DNA of 64,000 nucleotides, taken from contig CAZFFN010000126.1 of assembly GCA_964518165.1 (NCBI GenBank), forward strand, positions 11,275 through 75,274, in the 5' to 3' direction. The notes beneath the pieces are model-generated. The model was not told where the DNA came from, did no database searches, and worked only from the letters and a program-made list of their open reading frames with translations. The stretch is from an uncultured Thermoplasmatales archaeon (GTDB taxonomy: Archaea > Thermoplasmatota > E2 > DHVEG-1). Shown here piece by piece: positions 9,115 to 19,393 of this stretch; positions within the stretch are counted from its first letter, which is position 1, and each line of letters starts with the position of its first letter. The position numbers and the translations under genes were made by a program.

Positions 9115-12100
9115 TTATTTTTTACGACCCATAGCAACTAATACTAACAACAAAATAAAAATAATTACTATAATCGCTATTAACCAAATAGGTATTATTG
9201 GTTGGGGTTCTCTTTGGTTTGGATAATCTTTTGCACCAAATGGCATATGGCCATGTACTGAAAAATCTTCTTCTAAAATAGGTGATTCAACATCATCTAT
9301 TGTCCAATGGTTTTTTGATTCAGGATCCCATCTGCTCTCAGGTGCCCAAACACGTAAATCAGGATCACCAAAGAAAACAACGTTTTCATTTAAATCCCAC
9401 CACCATTGATCGACTAAGTACTGCATTCCAACTTCTGCCATACCTTGTTCATATGCTTCACCAATAGTATGGCCAAGAGCTATTTGACGCGGAATGGAAT
9501 GTAACCATATACCACTATACCATGATGTACTCCATGGGTCAAGTATCTGATAGCTAGTTCCATGCCTAATCATAACTTGATGTAAATATGTATATGCAAT
9601 AAGGCAAGAAACAGCATTAAAGCCCATGCTGTGAAGATTATCGAGATCCTCATCAAAATTAAGGCCGTTATATCCTGTTATTACATTTTCTCCACCGGCT
9701 AGAGGATCAATTACAACACCGTCTCCATATGCCCTGTAAGACCTTCCTATTATTGGTAAAAGACTCAGACCATTTGATTCCTTGATATGTAGATCAACTG
9801 GGAATGCATCAACTAGAAGTGATGGTTTAACCTGTGGATTCATTACTGCAACATCTGGATCTTCTGTGCTTCCTTTATCAACTGATATTAGATCAAGGGG
9901 TGTGCTTGCATAACTTGCTAATTTTAGTAAAAATGAAAAAGATGGTAGACCTGCTTTACTAAGCATATGTGGAAGGTGATTTAGAAATTCTTTGAATGTA
10001 CCTCTAGAAATTAAGGGACGTTCGTATGCTCTCCACGGATTTTCTTCATATACATAAGGGCTTTCGGGATCCCAGAAACTCAGAGTTCCGTAGTTACCAT
10101 TTCCTCCATGACAGCTTTCCATCCACATTATAGTTCCTTTATTAAGATTCTCAATTGCTTTTTCATATTGGGTTGAAAAAACGTTACTATAGCCTGCTTG
10201 TTGCCCATAAAACGGAGTGGCATATGTTTCATGAAGATCTGGGACATATGCTGCTGTTTTTCCTTCTACAGCACCCTGATCTATTGGATGCTTTGAAACT
10301 GTTTCATAGGGAATAATACCATTAGCTGTTGTGTATTTTCCACCCCAGTGTTTTTCTGCAGCTATCTCATTGAATTTATATAAATAAACATTATAGGTGT
10401 GTAACAATGGATATTTGTAGTTTTCTTCCATTTGTTCTTTTGTAATTACTAGATCAGTACCAATCGGATTCACAAGTTTACCCAATATTGGAACAACCTT
10501 ACTTGAACTTCCATTAACTAAATCAACTCCAGAAGGATCTAATGCAGGGTTTTCAAATATTAAAGCCGGATAGAAAACACTTCTTGATATCCAGTAACTG
10601 ATATCAACAGGTGTACTTGAAAATCTTCCTGGTATGAGTCTTCCTGTAAATGTTCTATCCCATGTTGAACCGATATCAAATTGATCAGCTACAGTAATCA
10701 TTGTAGAAAGGCCCTCTTTTGATTTTGAAAGATCATAATCATATGATTCAAGGAATTTTAATACATTTCTACCAGTCAAAACCATACTTGCAACTGACGG
10801 CAGATGAGGTCTAAATGATGCGTTTGCAGTATTTCTCCAAAATTCATTATGCCAGACAACCGCTTGAGATAGTTCAGGATGGTTATCAACTATTAAAACA
10901 GGTGCTCCATGATGAGCTGCTATAAAAGCTGCTGGTCCAAAAAAGTAAGCACCAGGATATTCACCAACGGGAACTGGATATAATGAATAATAATATGTCC
11001 ATGGATCAATTGTTGAAAAAACCACATCATCACTATTTGTATTTGATTTTATTTTATTGTATAATTCTAGGTAATCCGTGTATTCAGTAATTTTTGCAAT
11101 ATTTTTAATTTCATTTTTTACATCATTTTCTAAATAATTACCAACATTTAAAAGATGTATTTTTTTAACACCCAGTTTGTATAAGGCATCTTTTGTATCT
11201 TCCGGGATTTCATTGTTTTTAATATACAATAGAGGGGCATTTATATTACTAGCAAGAACTGCCCCATTTGTTGCAGAAGCTAGATTATCGCCTTTTTCTC
11301 TTGAAATATCTTTTTTCCACGAGTATTCTATTGTAAAATCAATTTCTTGATCCACATCTTCTAAAGCAAAAACACCTATCTTGTATCTTTCATCATCCTT
11401 TGTTTCACCAAGTTTTTCCAAATGTATCGTTCTCTCAGTAATCCCTTTTTCAACACCTTCTATAATTTCCTCATTAGAGGGCGTGGATGCTGTTTCTGCT
11501 CCAGTTGGATCAAGTACAAAGAAACCAAGTGGAACATTTGAGTTATCCCAATTTAAAGTGATTTCAACATCTCTACAGCCATAAGGAGTTGGATCTAAAA
11601 TTTCTTGTTCTATACCTGGGAATAAAGTAACTTCTACAGGTCGTGTATCACCTTTTTTAATTCCCATTTTTTTCAAAAGAGAATTGTCTTCTTCTACATT
11701 TTGATACATGCTTTCCATTTTTCCTTCTGGTGCTTTCTGAGTAGGCATATAAGTAACTCCTACCTCCCAGGTTCCATGGTTATAAACGTAAGAACTAGCT
11801 GTTTCTCCAGCCCCATAAAAAATATTCCATTTTGAATCTGCATCAGCCATACCAAGCTGGCTATCATATAATTGCAGATCAAGATCTATTGCAACGTTAT
11901 CCCAGAACATATGAGCAATAACATATTTGTAAGGCTCATTTATTTCAAAGGCTTTATAGCTCCCACCAACTCCAATTTCAGGGGTAGGAACATCTAAATT
12001 TATTGTATCTATTTTGTATCCCGATGGAATACTTCCTTTTAATTCTCCACTAAATGACTCTTTAGGTTTATCATATCCGTCTTTAACAATAGCAAGAACT

Positions 12101-12627
12101 GCTTCATCAGAATATGACCATTCTTTTTTAGCCAACTCACTTGATAGTTTGTAAGGATTAGAATAATCATAAGTATTGATTTTTTTTGCATCATATTTTT
12201 CTTCTAGTTCATTTTCAGCCATGCCAATTAAATTAAGTTCATCTAATTTTTCATCGCAATATCCCATCCAGTCATCCATAAAATATTCTACACCTTCTGA
12301 GGCATCTTGAATTTTATATTTGAGTTCATCTCCAAATTCATCTTTATCTTGATAGAAAATTAATGGATGAGAATATAGTTTATCATTATGATTAAAAACA
12401 GCAGTTGGAACACTTGCTAAATAAGCCAAATCATCAACAAGTTTTTCTTTGTTAAACTTAACTAAGCTTGTCTTTTTTAGAGGAACTACTTCTTCATAAG
12501 AAGCACCTTGTGTAAAGCCTTTTATATTTTCTAAATTTCCTGCATTTGCCATTGGTACAAAAATACTTGTTAAAAATATACATACAACTAATATTGATAT
12601 TAAATTTTTATCTATTTTCGCTTTCAT
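9115..12627 (-). CDS. Large secreted, C-terminally membrane-anchored surface protein (paralog B of 5531..8998)
   Basis: 1170 aa with the same architecture and motif set (YLASVPTAVF, GDNLASATNGAVLASNINAPLLY, GPAAFIAAHHGAPVLIVD, IMWMESCHGGNG, SMGFNAVSC, DPWSTSWY, WWWD, HGHMPFG). Signal peptide at the N-terminus, TM plus GRKK at the C-terminus, and a GGGGGT RBS. Confidence 0.8.
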   Translation of the reverse strand: MKAKIDKNLISILVVCIFLTSIFVPMANAGNLENIKGFTQGASYEEVVPLKKTSLVKFNKEKLVDDLAYLASVPTAVFNHNDKLYSHPLIFYQDKDEFGDELKYKIQDASEGVEYFMDDWMGYCDEKLDELNLIGMAENELEEKYDAKKINTYDYSNPYKLSSELAKKEWSYSDEAVLAIVKDGYDKPKESFSGELKGSIPSGYKIDTINLDVPTPEIGVGGSYKAFEINEPYKYVIAHMFWDNVAIDLDLQLYDSQLGMADADSKWNIFYGAGETASSYVYNHGTWEVGVTYMPTQKAPEGKMESMYQNVEEDNSLLKKMGIKKGDTRPVEVTLFPGIEQEILDPTPYGCRDVEITLNWDNSNVPLGFFVLDPTGAETASTPSNEEIIEGVEKGITERTIHLEKLGETKDDERYKIGVFALEDVDQEIDFTIEYSWKKDISREKGDNLASATNGAVLASNINAPLLYIKNNEIPEDTKDALYKLGVKKIHLLNVGNYLENDVKNEIKNIAKITEYTDYLELYNKIKSNTNSDDVVFSTIDPWTYYYSLYPVPVGEYPGAYFFGPAAFIAAHHGAPVLIVDNHPELSQAVVWHNEFWRNTANASFRPHLPSVASMVLTGRNVLKFLESYDYDLSKSKEGLSTMITVADQFDIGSTWDRTFTGRLIPGRFSSTPVDISYWISRSVFYPALIFENPALDPSGVDLVNGSSSKVVPILGKLVNPIGTDLVITKEQMEENYKYPLLHTYNVYLYKFNEIAAEKHWGGKYTTANGIIPYETVSKHPIDQGAVEGKTAAYVPDLHETYATPFYGQQAGYSNVFSTQYEKAIENLNKGTIMWMESCHGGNGNYGTLSFWDPESPYVYEENPWRAYERPLISRGTFKEFLNHLPHMLSKAGLPSFSFLLKLASYASTPLDLISVDKGSTEDPDVAVMNPQVKPSLLVDAFPVDLHIKESNGLSLLPIIGRSYRAYGDGVVIDPLAGGENVITGYNGLNFDEDLDNLHSMGFNAVSCLIAYTYLHQVMIRHGTSYQILDPWSTSWYSGIWLHSIPRQIALGHTIGEAYEQGMAEVGMQYLVDQWWWDLNENVVFFGDPDLRVWAPESRWDPESKNHWTIDDVESPILEEDFSVHGHMPFGAKDYPNQREPQPIIPIWLIAIIVIIFILLLVLVAMGRKK

Positions 12628-12932
12628 AAATTTACCCCCTTTCTGTAATAAATAAATATTACGAACAGTATATATAATATTAAGTTATATAATTGTTTTG
12701 TTTTCTTTTTTGTTTTCTTTTTCCTTAAACCAATTTTTATTTTTATTTTATATATTACTAGTGATAATAAGGTTTATTTATAAATTATGTTACTATAACC
12801 ACAAAAAGTCCCATAAACCCGTTAGTTCGCTGTTATATAGTTATAATAGTAACAAAATTAATTTAGAATCTTGGAAATATGGTTAAAAAAAGTTAAATAA
12901 GTTGGGTTGCTTAACAGAAAAAAGATTACTAT

Positions 12933-13865
12933 ATGAATAATGAGTTTAGAAAAATACTAGAAAAACAACAATATGGTATTGTTGGCAATCATTCTGGTGT
13001 AAAGCTATGCCACTGGATGAGACAAAGTCTTTTATTTGATAGAGAATGTTACAAACAAACATTCTATGGAATTAACACCCATAGATGTCTTCAAATGACA
13101 CCAACTATTAACCAATGTACGCATAACTGCCTTTTTTGCTGGAGAAACCAAGGCTTTCCAGATGACGGATTTAAAAAAATCGATGACCCAGAATTTATAC
13201 TTAATGAAGCAATAAAACAACAAAGGCGTCTTATAACTGGTTTTAAAGGTGATGGCAGGTGCAATCAAAAAAAATGGGAAGAAGCAAATAACCCTAATAT
13301 GCTCGCATGTTCACTAACTGGTGAACCTACGATGTATCCTAAACTAGGAGAATTTTTTGAATTATGTCATAAAAAAGGAATCACTACGTTTCTTGTAACA
13401 AATGGAACTATTCCAAAAGCACTAGAAAACATGGATACTTTACCAAAACAGCTTTATGTATCAATTGTTGCACCAAACAAAGAAGTTTATAAGAAAGTAT
13501 GCTCGCCAAAGATTACTGACGGCTGGGAAAAAATAAACAAAACTTTAGAGATACTTCCTTCTTTAGATACTAGAACTGTTATTAGACACACCTTAGTAAA
13601 TGGATGGAACATGGATGAAAGATATATTGATCAATATGCCAAGCTTGACAAAAAAGCAGATCCAATGTTCATTGAGCCTAAAGGTTATGTTTTTGTTGGA
13701 TATTCAAGGGAAAGAATGAACCTAGCTAATATGCCTTCACATGAAATGATTAAAAATTTTAGTAAAAAACTAAGCGAAAAAACTGGTTACTATTTTTCAA
13801 TGGAAAAACCTGATTCTAGAGTAACTTTGCTTACAAAAAATAAAAAACCGGTAAGATTTGAGTAA
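12933..13865 (+). CDS. taw1: tRNA 4-demethylwyosine synthase Taw1 (TYW1 homolog), radical SAM
   Basis: 310 aa. The N-terminal auxiliary Cys region (GVKLCHW...THRCLQMTP) is followed by CTHNCLFCWR (CxxxCxxC), collinear with archaeal Taw1. Confidence 0.8.
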   Translation: MNNEFRKILEKQQYGIVGNHSGVKLCHWMRQSLLFDRECYKQTFYGINTHRCLQMTPTINQCTHNCLFCWRNQGFPDDGFKKIDDPEFILNEAIKQQRRLITGFKGDGRCNQKKWEEANNPNMLACSLTGEPTMYPKLGEFFELCHKKGITTFLVTNGTIPKALENMDTLPKQLYVSIVAPNKEVYKKVCSPKITDGWEKINKTLEILPSLDTRTVIRHTLVNGWNMDERYIDQYAKLDKKADPMFIEPKGYVFVGYSRERMNLANMPSHEMIKNFSKKLSEKTGYYFSMEKPDSRVTLLTKNKKPVRFE

Positions 13866-13901
13866 TAAACTTTTTATACATTAATTTACAAAATATTATT
13901 A

Positions 13902-15926
13902 ATGATTAAAAATAATATTATGTTGTTTAAATCTATAAAAGCTAATCTTATCTTCTTTGTAATAATTTTATTGGTCATTCAATCATTATCAAGCTTTGCA
14001 ATCGGCATAAATACAAAAAATATACAGACCAAAGAAGAAAAAAGAAGTTCGTCATTAAAAAATAGTTTTATAATTGAGTTTAAGGATGAATCTATCTTAT
14101 CTTTTAGAGGAAAAATCAAAAATTTTTTATCAAATAGTAATATATTACAAGGAAATTTTTTAAAAGATAAAGTTGAACAATATAAATCAAAACTTGATTC
14201 AATGCATTTAAAGGCAAAGTTAGATATTCTTAATATCCTTGGATCAAGTTATACAATTAAAGATCTATTTACCCATGATTTTAAACTTTTTTCAAACTCT
14301 TTGGTAATAAAAAATATTCCAAATAATGTGATTGATTCTATAAAATCCTTAGATTATGTTAAAAATGTAAGAGTTCCAAAAAAAATAAAGATGCAATCTG
14401 ATCCTCTATCTTGGGGGGTAAGTAAGATAAATGCAGATCAAGTTTGGAACTTACATGATAATAAAGGTAGAAAAATAAATGGAGAAGGAATAAGTATCGC
14501 AATAATTGATACGGGTATTGATTATGATCACAGTCTATTAGGTGGAGGATTTGGACCAGGTTATACAGTTGTCGATGGAGATGATTTTGTTGAATATAAT
14601 AGATACGATGAAGAAAATGAAGTTTGGTATGAAAAGCTTCCAGAAGATGATCATGATCCAGATGACGAACAGGGACATGGTACACATTGTGCTGGAATAG
14701 CCTTAGGTGTTGCACCAGGTGCTTCACTTTATGCTTATCGTGTTCTAAATAAAGACGGCTGGGGAGATGAAAATTGGCTTCAAGAAGCTATAACTCGAGC
14801 AACTGATCCAAATGGGGATTTTGATATTTCAGATCATGTTGATATACTATCATTAAGTTTTGGAACAGTTAGCGAAGGAAAACCAGATGACAATATGAGC
14901 AAATGGGTCAATCAAGCGGTTGATTGCGGAGTAACAGTAGTTGCTGCAGCTGGAAATAATGGTTCTAATTATCATACAATTAGTTCACCAGGTTGTGCAG
15001 AAAAAGCAATAACTGTTGGAAATTCTAATTCTTATGATAGGGTAGATCCTAGTAGTTCAAGAGGCCCAACTTTGAATGGAAAAACTAAACCAGATCTAGT
15101 AGCACCCGGTATGCATATAGAAAGCACATGGTTAAATAACGGGTTTAAAACATTGTCAGGAACAAGTATGTCTACTCCTCATGTTGCTGGAGCTACTGCA
15201 CTTCTTTTGCAGTTGCATCCTGACTTTTCTCCAAATGATGTTAAAGAAACTCTAAAACAAAATGCTGTTAAATTATTTGCCCCAAATGGATCGATTTATG
15301 ATGAGTTTACTCAAGGCGCTGGAAGAATTGATATACTTAAATCAGTTAATCTATCAGAAGCACCACCAATTGCTGAATTAGAAATTTCAGAATATGTAAA
15401 AAAAGGTATAATAAATATAAATGGTACTGCTATGAATGGAACTGGAAATTCAAGTGATTTTACTAATTTTAGTTTGTACTATAAATACGATGAAGATTGG
15501 ATAGAACTATGTACAAAAACTCAAGAGATTGATGATTCATTAATGTATGAATGGGACACAACACATTTTGAAAAAGGTCTTTACAAACTGAAATTATTTG
15601 TAAGAAGTAAAGATCAGGCTAGTGTAGATATTAAAGAGATAAATATTGATTATGATGGTTTAATTATTGAGTGTAATGAAAGTTTCTTTGAAGATGAGGA
15701 GATTAAAGTAGATATTTTTAATGTAAATATGGAACCAGTAGATTGTTTTGTATTTTTTATTCCAAAGTTTCATCTCCCTCAAATTAGATACGGAAGTACA
15801 GTTCAATTTAGGGGACCAACCTTATATAATCCATTAAAACAGAATATTACTGGTAAAATTTTTGCAATTAAATTACTAAAATTTGAAACAAAAGGTAAAG
15901 AGATAGAGATAAAAAATATTGTTTAA
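13902..15926 (+). CDS. Secreted subtilisin-like serine protease (S8) with N-terminal propeptide and C-terminal extension
   Basis: Signal peptide, then IAIIDTGIDYDH (Asp), HGTHCAGIA (His), GTSMSTPHVAGATALL (Ser) and a catalytic Asn region. Confidence 0.9.
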   Translation: MIKNNIMLFKSIKANLIFFVIILLVIQSLSSFAIGINTKNIQTKEEKRSSSLKNSFIIEFKDESILSFRGKIKNFLSNSNILQGNFLKDKVEQYKSKLDSMHLKAKLDILNILGSSYTIKDLFTHDFKLFSNSLVIKNIPNNVIDSIKSLDYVKNVRVPKKIKMQSDPLSWGVSKINADQVWNLHDNKGRKINGEGISIAIIDTGIDYDHSLLGGGFGPGYTVVDGDDFVEYNRYDEENEVWYEKLPEDDHDPDDEQGHGTHCAGIALGVAPGASLYAYRVLNKDGWGDENWLQEAITRATDPNGDFDISDHVDILSLSFGTVSEGKPDDNMSKWVNQAVDCGVTVVAAAGNNGSNYHTISSPGCAEKAITVGNSNSYDRVDPSSSRGPTLNGKTKPDLVAPGMHIESTWLNNGFKTLSGTSMSTPHVAGATALLLQLHPDFSPNDVKETLKQNAVKLFAPNGSIYDEFTQGAGRIDILKSVNLSEAPPIAELEISEYVKKGIININGTAMNGTGNSSDFTNFSLYYKYDEDWIELCTKTQEIDDSLMYEWDTTHFEKGLYKLKLFVRSKDQASVDIKEINIDYDGLIIECNESFFEDEEIKVDIFNVNMEPVDCFVFFIPKFHLPQIRYGSTVQFRGPTLYNPLKQNITGKIFAIKLLKFETKGKEIEIKNIV

Positions 15927-16696
15927 TCTGGAGTTAAATCCTCTCCGCCTTTAAACTGCATTTGAATTGAAGTATAAAGATCATCAATTCCCATATATTC
16001 AGGAAGTCCTGTTTTAAAAAGTCTTGTTTTTTCTTGAAACTCAGCAATTAAACTAAGAATCTTTTCACTCATCTCCCTATAAATAGAAGCTTGTTCATTG
16101 TATATTGCATTTTCTAGTTCAAAAGTAGAGTTACCCCATCTCATAATTTTTTCTAATTCTTTTTCCTCGAGGAGATCTATTTTACTTAAAATGTTCATAT
16201 GGGGTTTACCGAGTCTAAAATTTGTATTCAAAGAAAGTAGAATTTGGGAAACAAAACCAGAAGCAGTCTTTGCTAAAGATGGATCAAGAAGATAACCAAT
16301 TACTGATCTATCAGGTTGAAAAAATTCTATTATATATTTACCTGCTTCACGGAAAACAAAAAGTTCTAGCTGACCGGGTGTATCCATAAGTATATAATCT
16401 GTTTTAAAAGACTCAATACTTTTTTTGACATCTTCAGTATTAAGCGCAAGCATATCAGCACATGCAATTTGAGCACCATTTGGGCCAAGTGAATAGGTCT
16501 CCATTACTTCTTTTAAAGATATCCAATCTCTAATATCTACATCTGGATCATACGGTAAATTCTCAGCACCGGGATCTAAATTTACTGTTATTGCATCAAG
16601 TCCCTTTAAATTCATCCATTTTTTAAAATTATCAGTTAACGTTGATTTACCTGAACCTGCGGTTCCTATTAGATAAAGAAAAATTTCTTCTTTCAT
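15923..16696 (-). CDS. GPN-loop GTPase (Npa3/XAB1 family)
   Basis: LIGTAGSGKSTL P-loop and a GPNGAQ GPN motif, 257 aa. Confidence 0.8.
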   Translation of the reverse strand: MKEEIFLYLIGTAGSGKSTLTDNFKKWMNLKGLDAITVNLDPGAENLPYDPDVDIRDWISLKEVMETYSLGPNGAQIACADMLALNTEDVKKSIESFKTDYILMDTPGQLELFVFREAGKYIIEFFQPDRSVIGYLLDPSLAKTASGFVSQILLSLNTNFRLGKPHMNILSKIDLLEEKELEKIMRWGNSTFELENAIYNEQASIYREMSEKILSLIAEFQEKTRLFKTGLPEYMGIDDLYTSIQMQFKGGEDLTPD

Positions 16697-16700
16697 TTTT

Positions 16701-18041
16701 TTACATTCCGCGTAACTTATTCATATGTTCAATACGTTGATTGATTAAATCCTTTTTACCAATGTCATGTCGTATAAAAATATGATCGCTTTTAATATGT
16801 TTTAATGCTTTTTCACAGATTTCTTCAGCAGAACTTAGCTCATCAGAAATTCCAACAACCGCTAGAGACCTAGAAGTAGTAGTAGTAACATAATCATTCA
16901 TTTTGTTTACTGATGCATAAAATAAATGTGATCCAGCTTCATTTATTTTTTTCTCATCTACATATACTTTTTTTCCATCAATGCTTTTTACACCATAACC
17001 TTTCGGAACTACATATTTACATACTGTGGATTTCTTTTTCATTTTAATCTTTTTCTTATTTAAAGTTCCTTTAATCATTGCATCACAGATTTTTACATAG
17101 TCTGACTCGAGTAAAGGTAAAACATTCATTGCTTCAGGATCGCCAAAACGTGCATTAATTTCGATTATCTTTGGACCATTTGAAGTAAGCATGAATTGAC
17201 CATAAATTGCACCAATATATGAACAGCCTTCTTTATCTAATGCTTCGACTATTTTTTGAAGGATATGAGCTCCTTCTTCATAATCACTTTTTGAAAGAAA
17301 TGGTAATAAGCCATTTTCACAAGAATAAGCACCCATACCTCCAGTATTTGGTCCTTTATCGCCTGGAAGTAATCTTTTATGATCTTGAACTGCATGAAGA
17401 GGTAGAATTGTTTTTCCATCTGAAAAAGCTTGAAGTGTGAACTCTTCACCAACTGCTTTTTCTTCAACTAAAATCTTTGATTCTCCGCCTATCTCTTTTT
17501 CAAGAACTTTATTTACATAATCCATTGCTTCATCGATATCATTGAAATGATCACCAAATACTTTTACTCCTTTTCCACCTGTAAGGCCAATTGGTTTTAA
17601 AGCAACTTCACAGTCTAATTTTTCAATATATTTTTTTGCTTTTTCAGCGCTATTAAATGTTTCAAATTTAAGTTGACCTGGTATTTTGTATTTTTTAAGT
17701 AAATTTCTCATCCATTCTTTATCTGTTTCAATTCTTGCCGCTTCTTTAGTAGGTGAAACTGCATTTATGTTTTTTTCCTTTAGTTTATTTACAAGCCCCT
17801 TTTCAAGTGGTGCCTCAGGTCCAACTATTACTATATCAATTTTTTTTTCTAATGCATAGTTTACAACAGAATTTACATTTGTTTCTTTTTCAATTTTATA
17901 ATCTTTTGCTAGATTCTTTATTCCTGGATTAACATTTTTCATAAGTGAATAAAGTTCAGCATTTTTTGATCTACAAACAGCATCACAAATGGCGTGTTCT
18001 CTTGCTCCGCCCCCGACAACTAAGACTTTCAAATTAATCAT
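16701..18041 (-). CDS. purD: Phosphoribosylamine-glycine ligase
   Basis: KVLVVGGGAREHAI N-terminus and an ATP-grasp core, 446 aa. Confidence 0.9.
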   Translation of the reverse strand: MINLKVLVVGGGAREHAICDAVCRSKNAELYSLMKNVNPGIKNLAKDYKIEKETNVNSVVNYALEKKIDIVIVGPEAPLEKGLVNKLKEKNINAVSPTKEAARIETDKEWMRNLLKKYKIPGQLKFETFNSAEKAKKYIEKLDCEVALKPIGLTGGKGVKVFGDHFNDIDEAMDYVNKVLEKEIGGESKILVEEKAVGEEFTLQAFSDGKTILPLHAVQDHKRLLPGDKGPNTGGMGAYSCENGLLPFLSKSDYEEGAHILQKIVEALDKEGCSYIGAIYGQFMLTSNGPKIIEINARFGDPEAMNVLPLLESDYVKICDAMIKGTLNKKKIKMKKKSTVCKYVVPKGYGVKSIDGKKVYVDEKKINEAGSHLFYASVNKMNDYVTTTTSRSLAVVGISDELSSAEEICEKALKHIKSDHIFIRHDIGKKDLINQRIEHMNKLRGM

Positions 18042-18088
18042 ACCTCCGAAAGGATTTGTTTAAATAAATTTCATGTATTTAATTTACA

Positions 18089-18613
18089 CTATTTTTTCAA
18101 AAATTCAGAAACCGATAATAACGGTATAAAATTTACATCATGATCATGAAGTTTTTCTTCAGCACCACTCTCTCTGTCAACTACAACAACCACTTCATCA
18201 ACTAGGCCTTTGTTTTGTCTAATTGTATTAATTGTTTTAATAACTGATCCTCCGCTTGTTGTTACATCTTCAATTATCAATACTTTCTTGTTGTTTATAT
18301 CATCGCCCTCAATTTGTTTACTAGTTCCGTGTCCTTTCTTTTCTTTTCTGATTATTACATAGGGAATTTCTGTTTCTAGCGATAATGCAACAAGCAATGG
18401 TACCGCACCTAGTTCCATCCCAGCTAAATAATCATAGCCTTTTGCATATTCTGACATTATTTTAACGATTTTTTTTAATACATCTGGTTTAGTACTTGCT
18501 TTTTTAATATCAACATAGTAATCACTTACTGCACCAGAAGTTAGTACAAAACGTCCGAATTTTATTGCTCCACAGTCTTTTAAAAGTTCTATTAACTTGG
18601 TTTTATCAGCCAT
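18089..18613 (-). CDS. pyrE: Orotate phosphoribosyltransferase-like type I PRTase
   Basis: FGRFVLTSGAVSDYYVD and the PRPP-binding VLIIEDVTTSGGS, 174 aa. Confidence 0.7.
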   Translation of the reverse strand: MADKTKLIELLKDCGAIKFGRFVLTSGAVSDYYVDIKKASTKPDVLKKIVKIMSEYAKGYDYLAGMELGAVPLLVALSLETEIPYVIIRKEKKGHGTSKQIEGDDINNKKVLIIEDVTTSGGSVIKTINTIRQNKGLVDEVVVVVDRESGAEEKLHDHDVNFIPLLSVSEFLKK

Positions 18614-18682
18614 TGATTAACTGTAATGTAAGAATTGTTATATTACCTTTTCACTAAAATAAAAAAAAAGATTATGGATTTT

Positions 18683-19276
18683 TTATTTTACAGATTCATA
18701 TTTATGAGTGACATGTGAAAAAGATTCAGATCCTCCTTCACAGGAAACTGTCCAACCACAAAGTTCAACTTTTTCATCAATTACATCACCGGAATCATCA
18801 TAAGTATATACTGTTTTTAAATTAATTCTAGTTTTAATTTTTAGACTTCCTTTTAAAACAAGTTTTTCATCTTCAAAAATCAGTATATCTACCTGGTATG
18901 CATCATCAGATAACATTAATGGTATTTCAATTTCTTTTGTTGAATCTGCATTTATTTTTCCAACTAACACAGTATTTTTACAGTCAGCTACTTTATTACT
19001 TTCTTTTACAACATAGGCAACTATCTTTATTTTACCTGACTCTTTACTCCATATATTTGTAAGATAAGGCGTACAAGTTATATTTATTGTTGTGTTAGTT
19101 TCTTCAGTTTTCAATAAATATATTTCTTCAACAAATAGATGTTTTTCAGGTAATTGGGGTTCTGCTTCAACTGGTTTTTCAAATAGTATAGTAAATGCTC
19201 CAAATATTGCAATTAATGCTACTGCGATTGTTACTAGAAAGATACTAGCTTTTTTGAATTTTTTACTTACATTCAT
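18683..19276 (-). CDS. N-terminally membrane-anchored or secreted hypothetical protein
   Basis: A signal/anchor (IFLVTIAVALIAIFGAFTILF) is followed by a beta-rich extracellular region with 4 Cys. Confidence 0.5.
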   Translation of the reverse strand: MNVSKKFKKASIFLVTIAVALIAIFGAFTILFEKPVEAEPQLPEKHLFVEEIYLLKTEETNTTINITCTPYLTNIWSKESGKIKIVAYVVKESNKVADCKNTVLVGKINADSTKEIEIPLMLSDDAYQVDILIFEDEKLVLKGSLKIKTRINLKTVYTYDDSGDVIDEKVELCGWTVSCEGGSESFSHVTHKYESVK

Positions 19277-19393
19277 GTTTTCACCAAGTTATTGTTTGAC
19301 ATTGACAATATATAAACACTCAGAAATTGTTTGGTAAAAGCCAAACAAAAGCAAACAATATATAAATATACAATAACATAATTATTTAGTGAA

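Noticed and set aside
8999-12627. Clan CD (caspase/gingipain-like) His-Gly/Cys catalytic dyad in the giant paralogs (IMWIHAAHG ... SMGF..C)
   Set aside because: The hydrophobic-strand-HG motif looks clan-CD-like, but the distance to the only conserved downstream Cys is about 140 aa versus 35-55 in known clan CD enzymes, and paralog B replaces surrounding residues. I kept this domain annotated as unknown function.
12698-12886. 62-aa ORF in the divergent promoter region between giant paralog B and taw1
   Set aside because: Translation is FLFSF/YILLVII poly-hydrophobic from T-rich DNA (TTGTTTTCTTTT repeats). The region is better explained as the A-rich 5' leader of the minus-strand giant gene.
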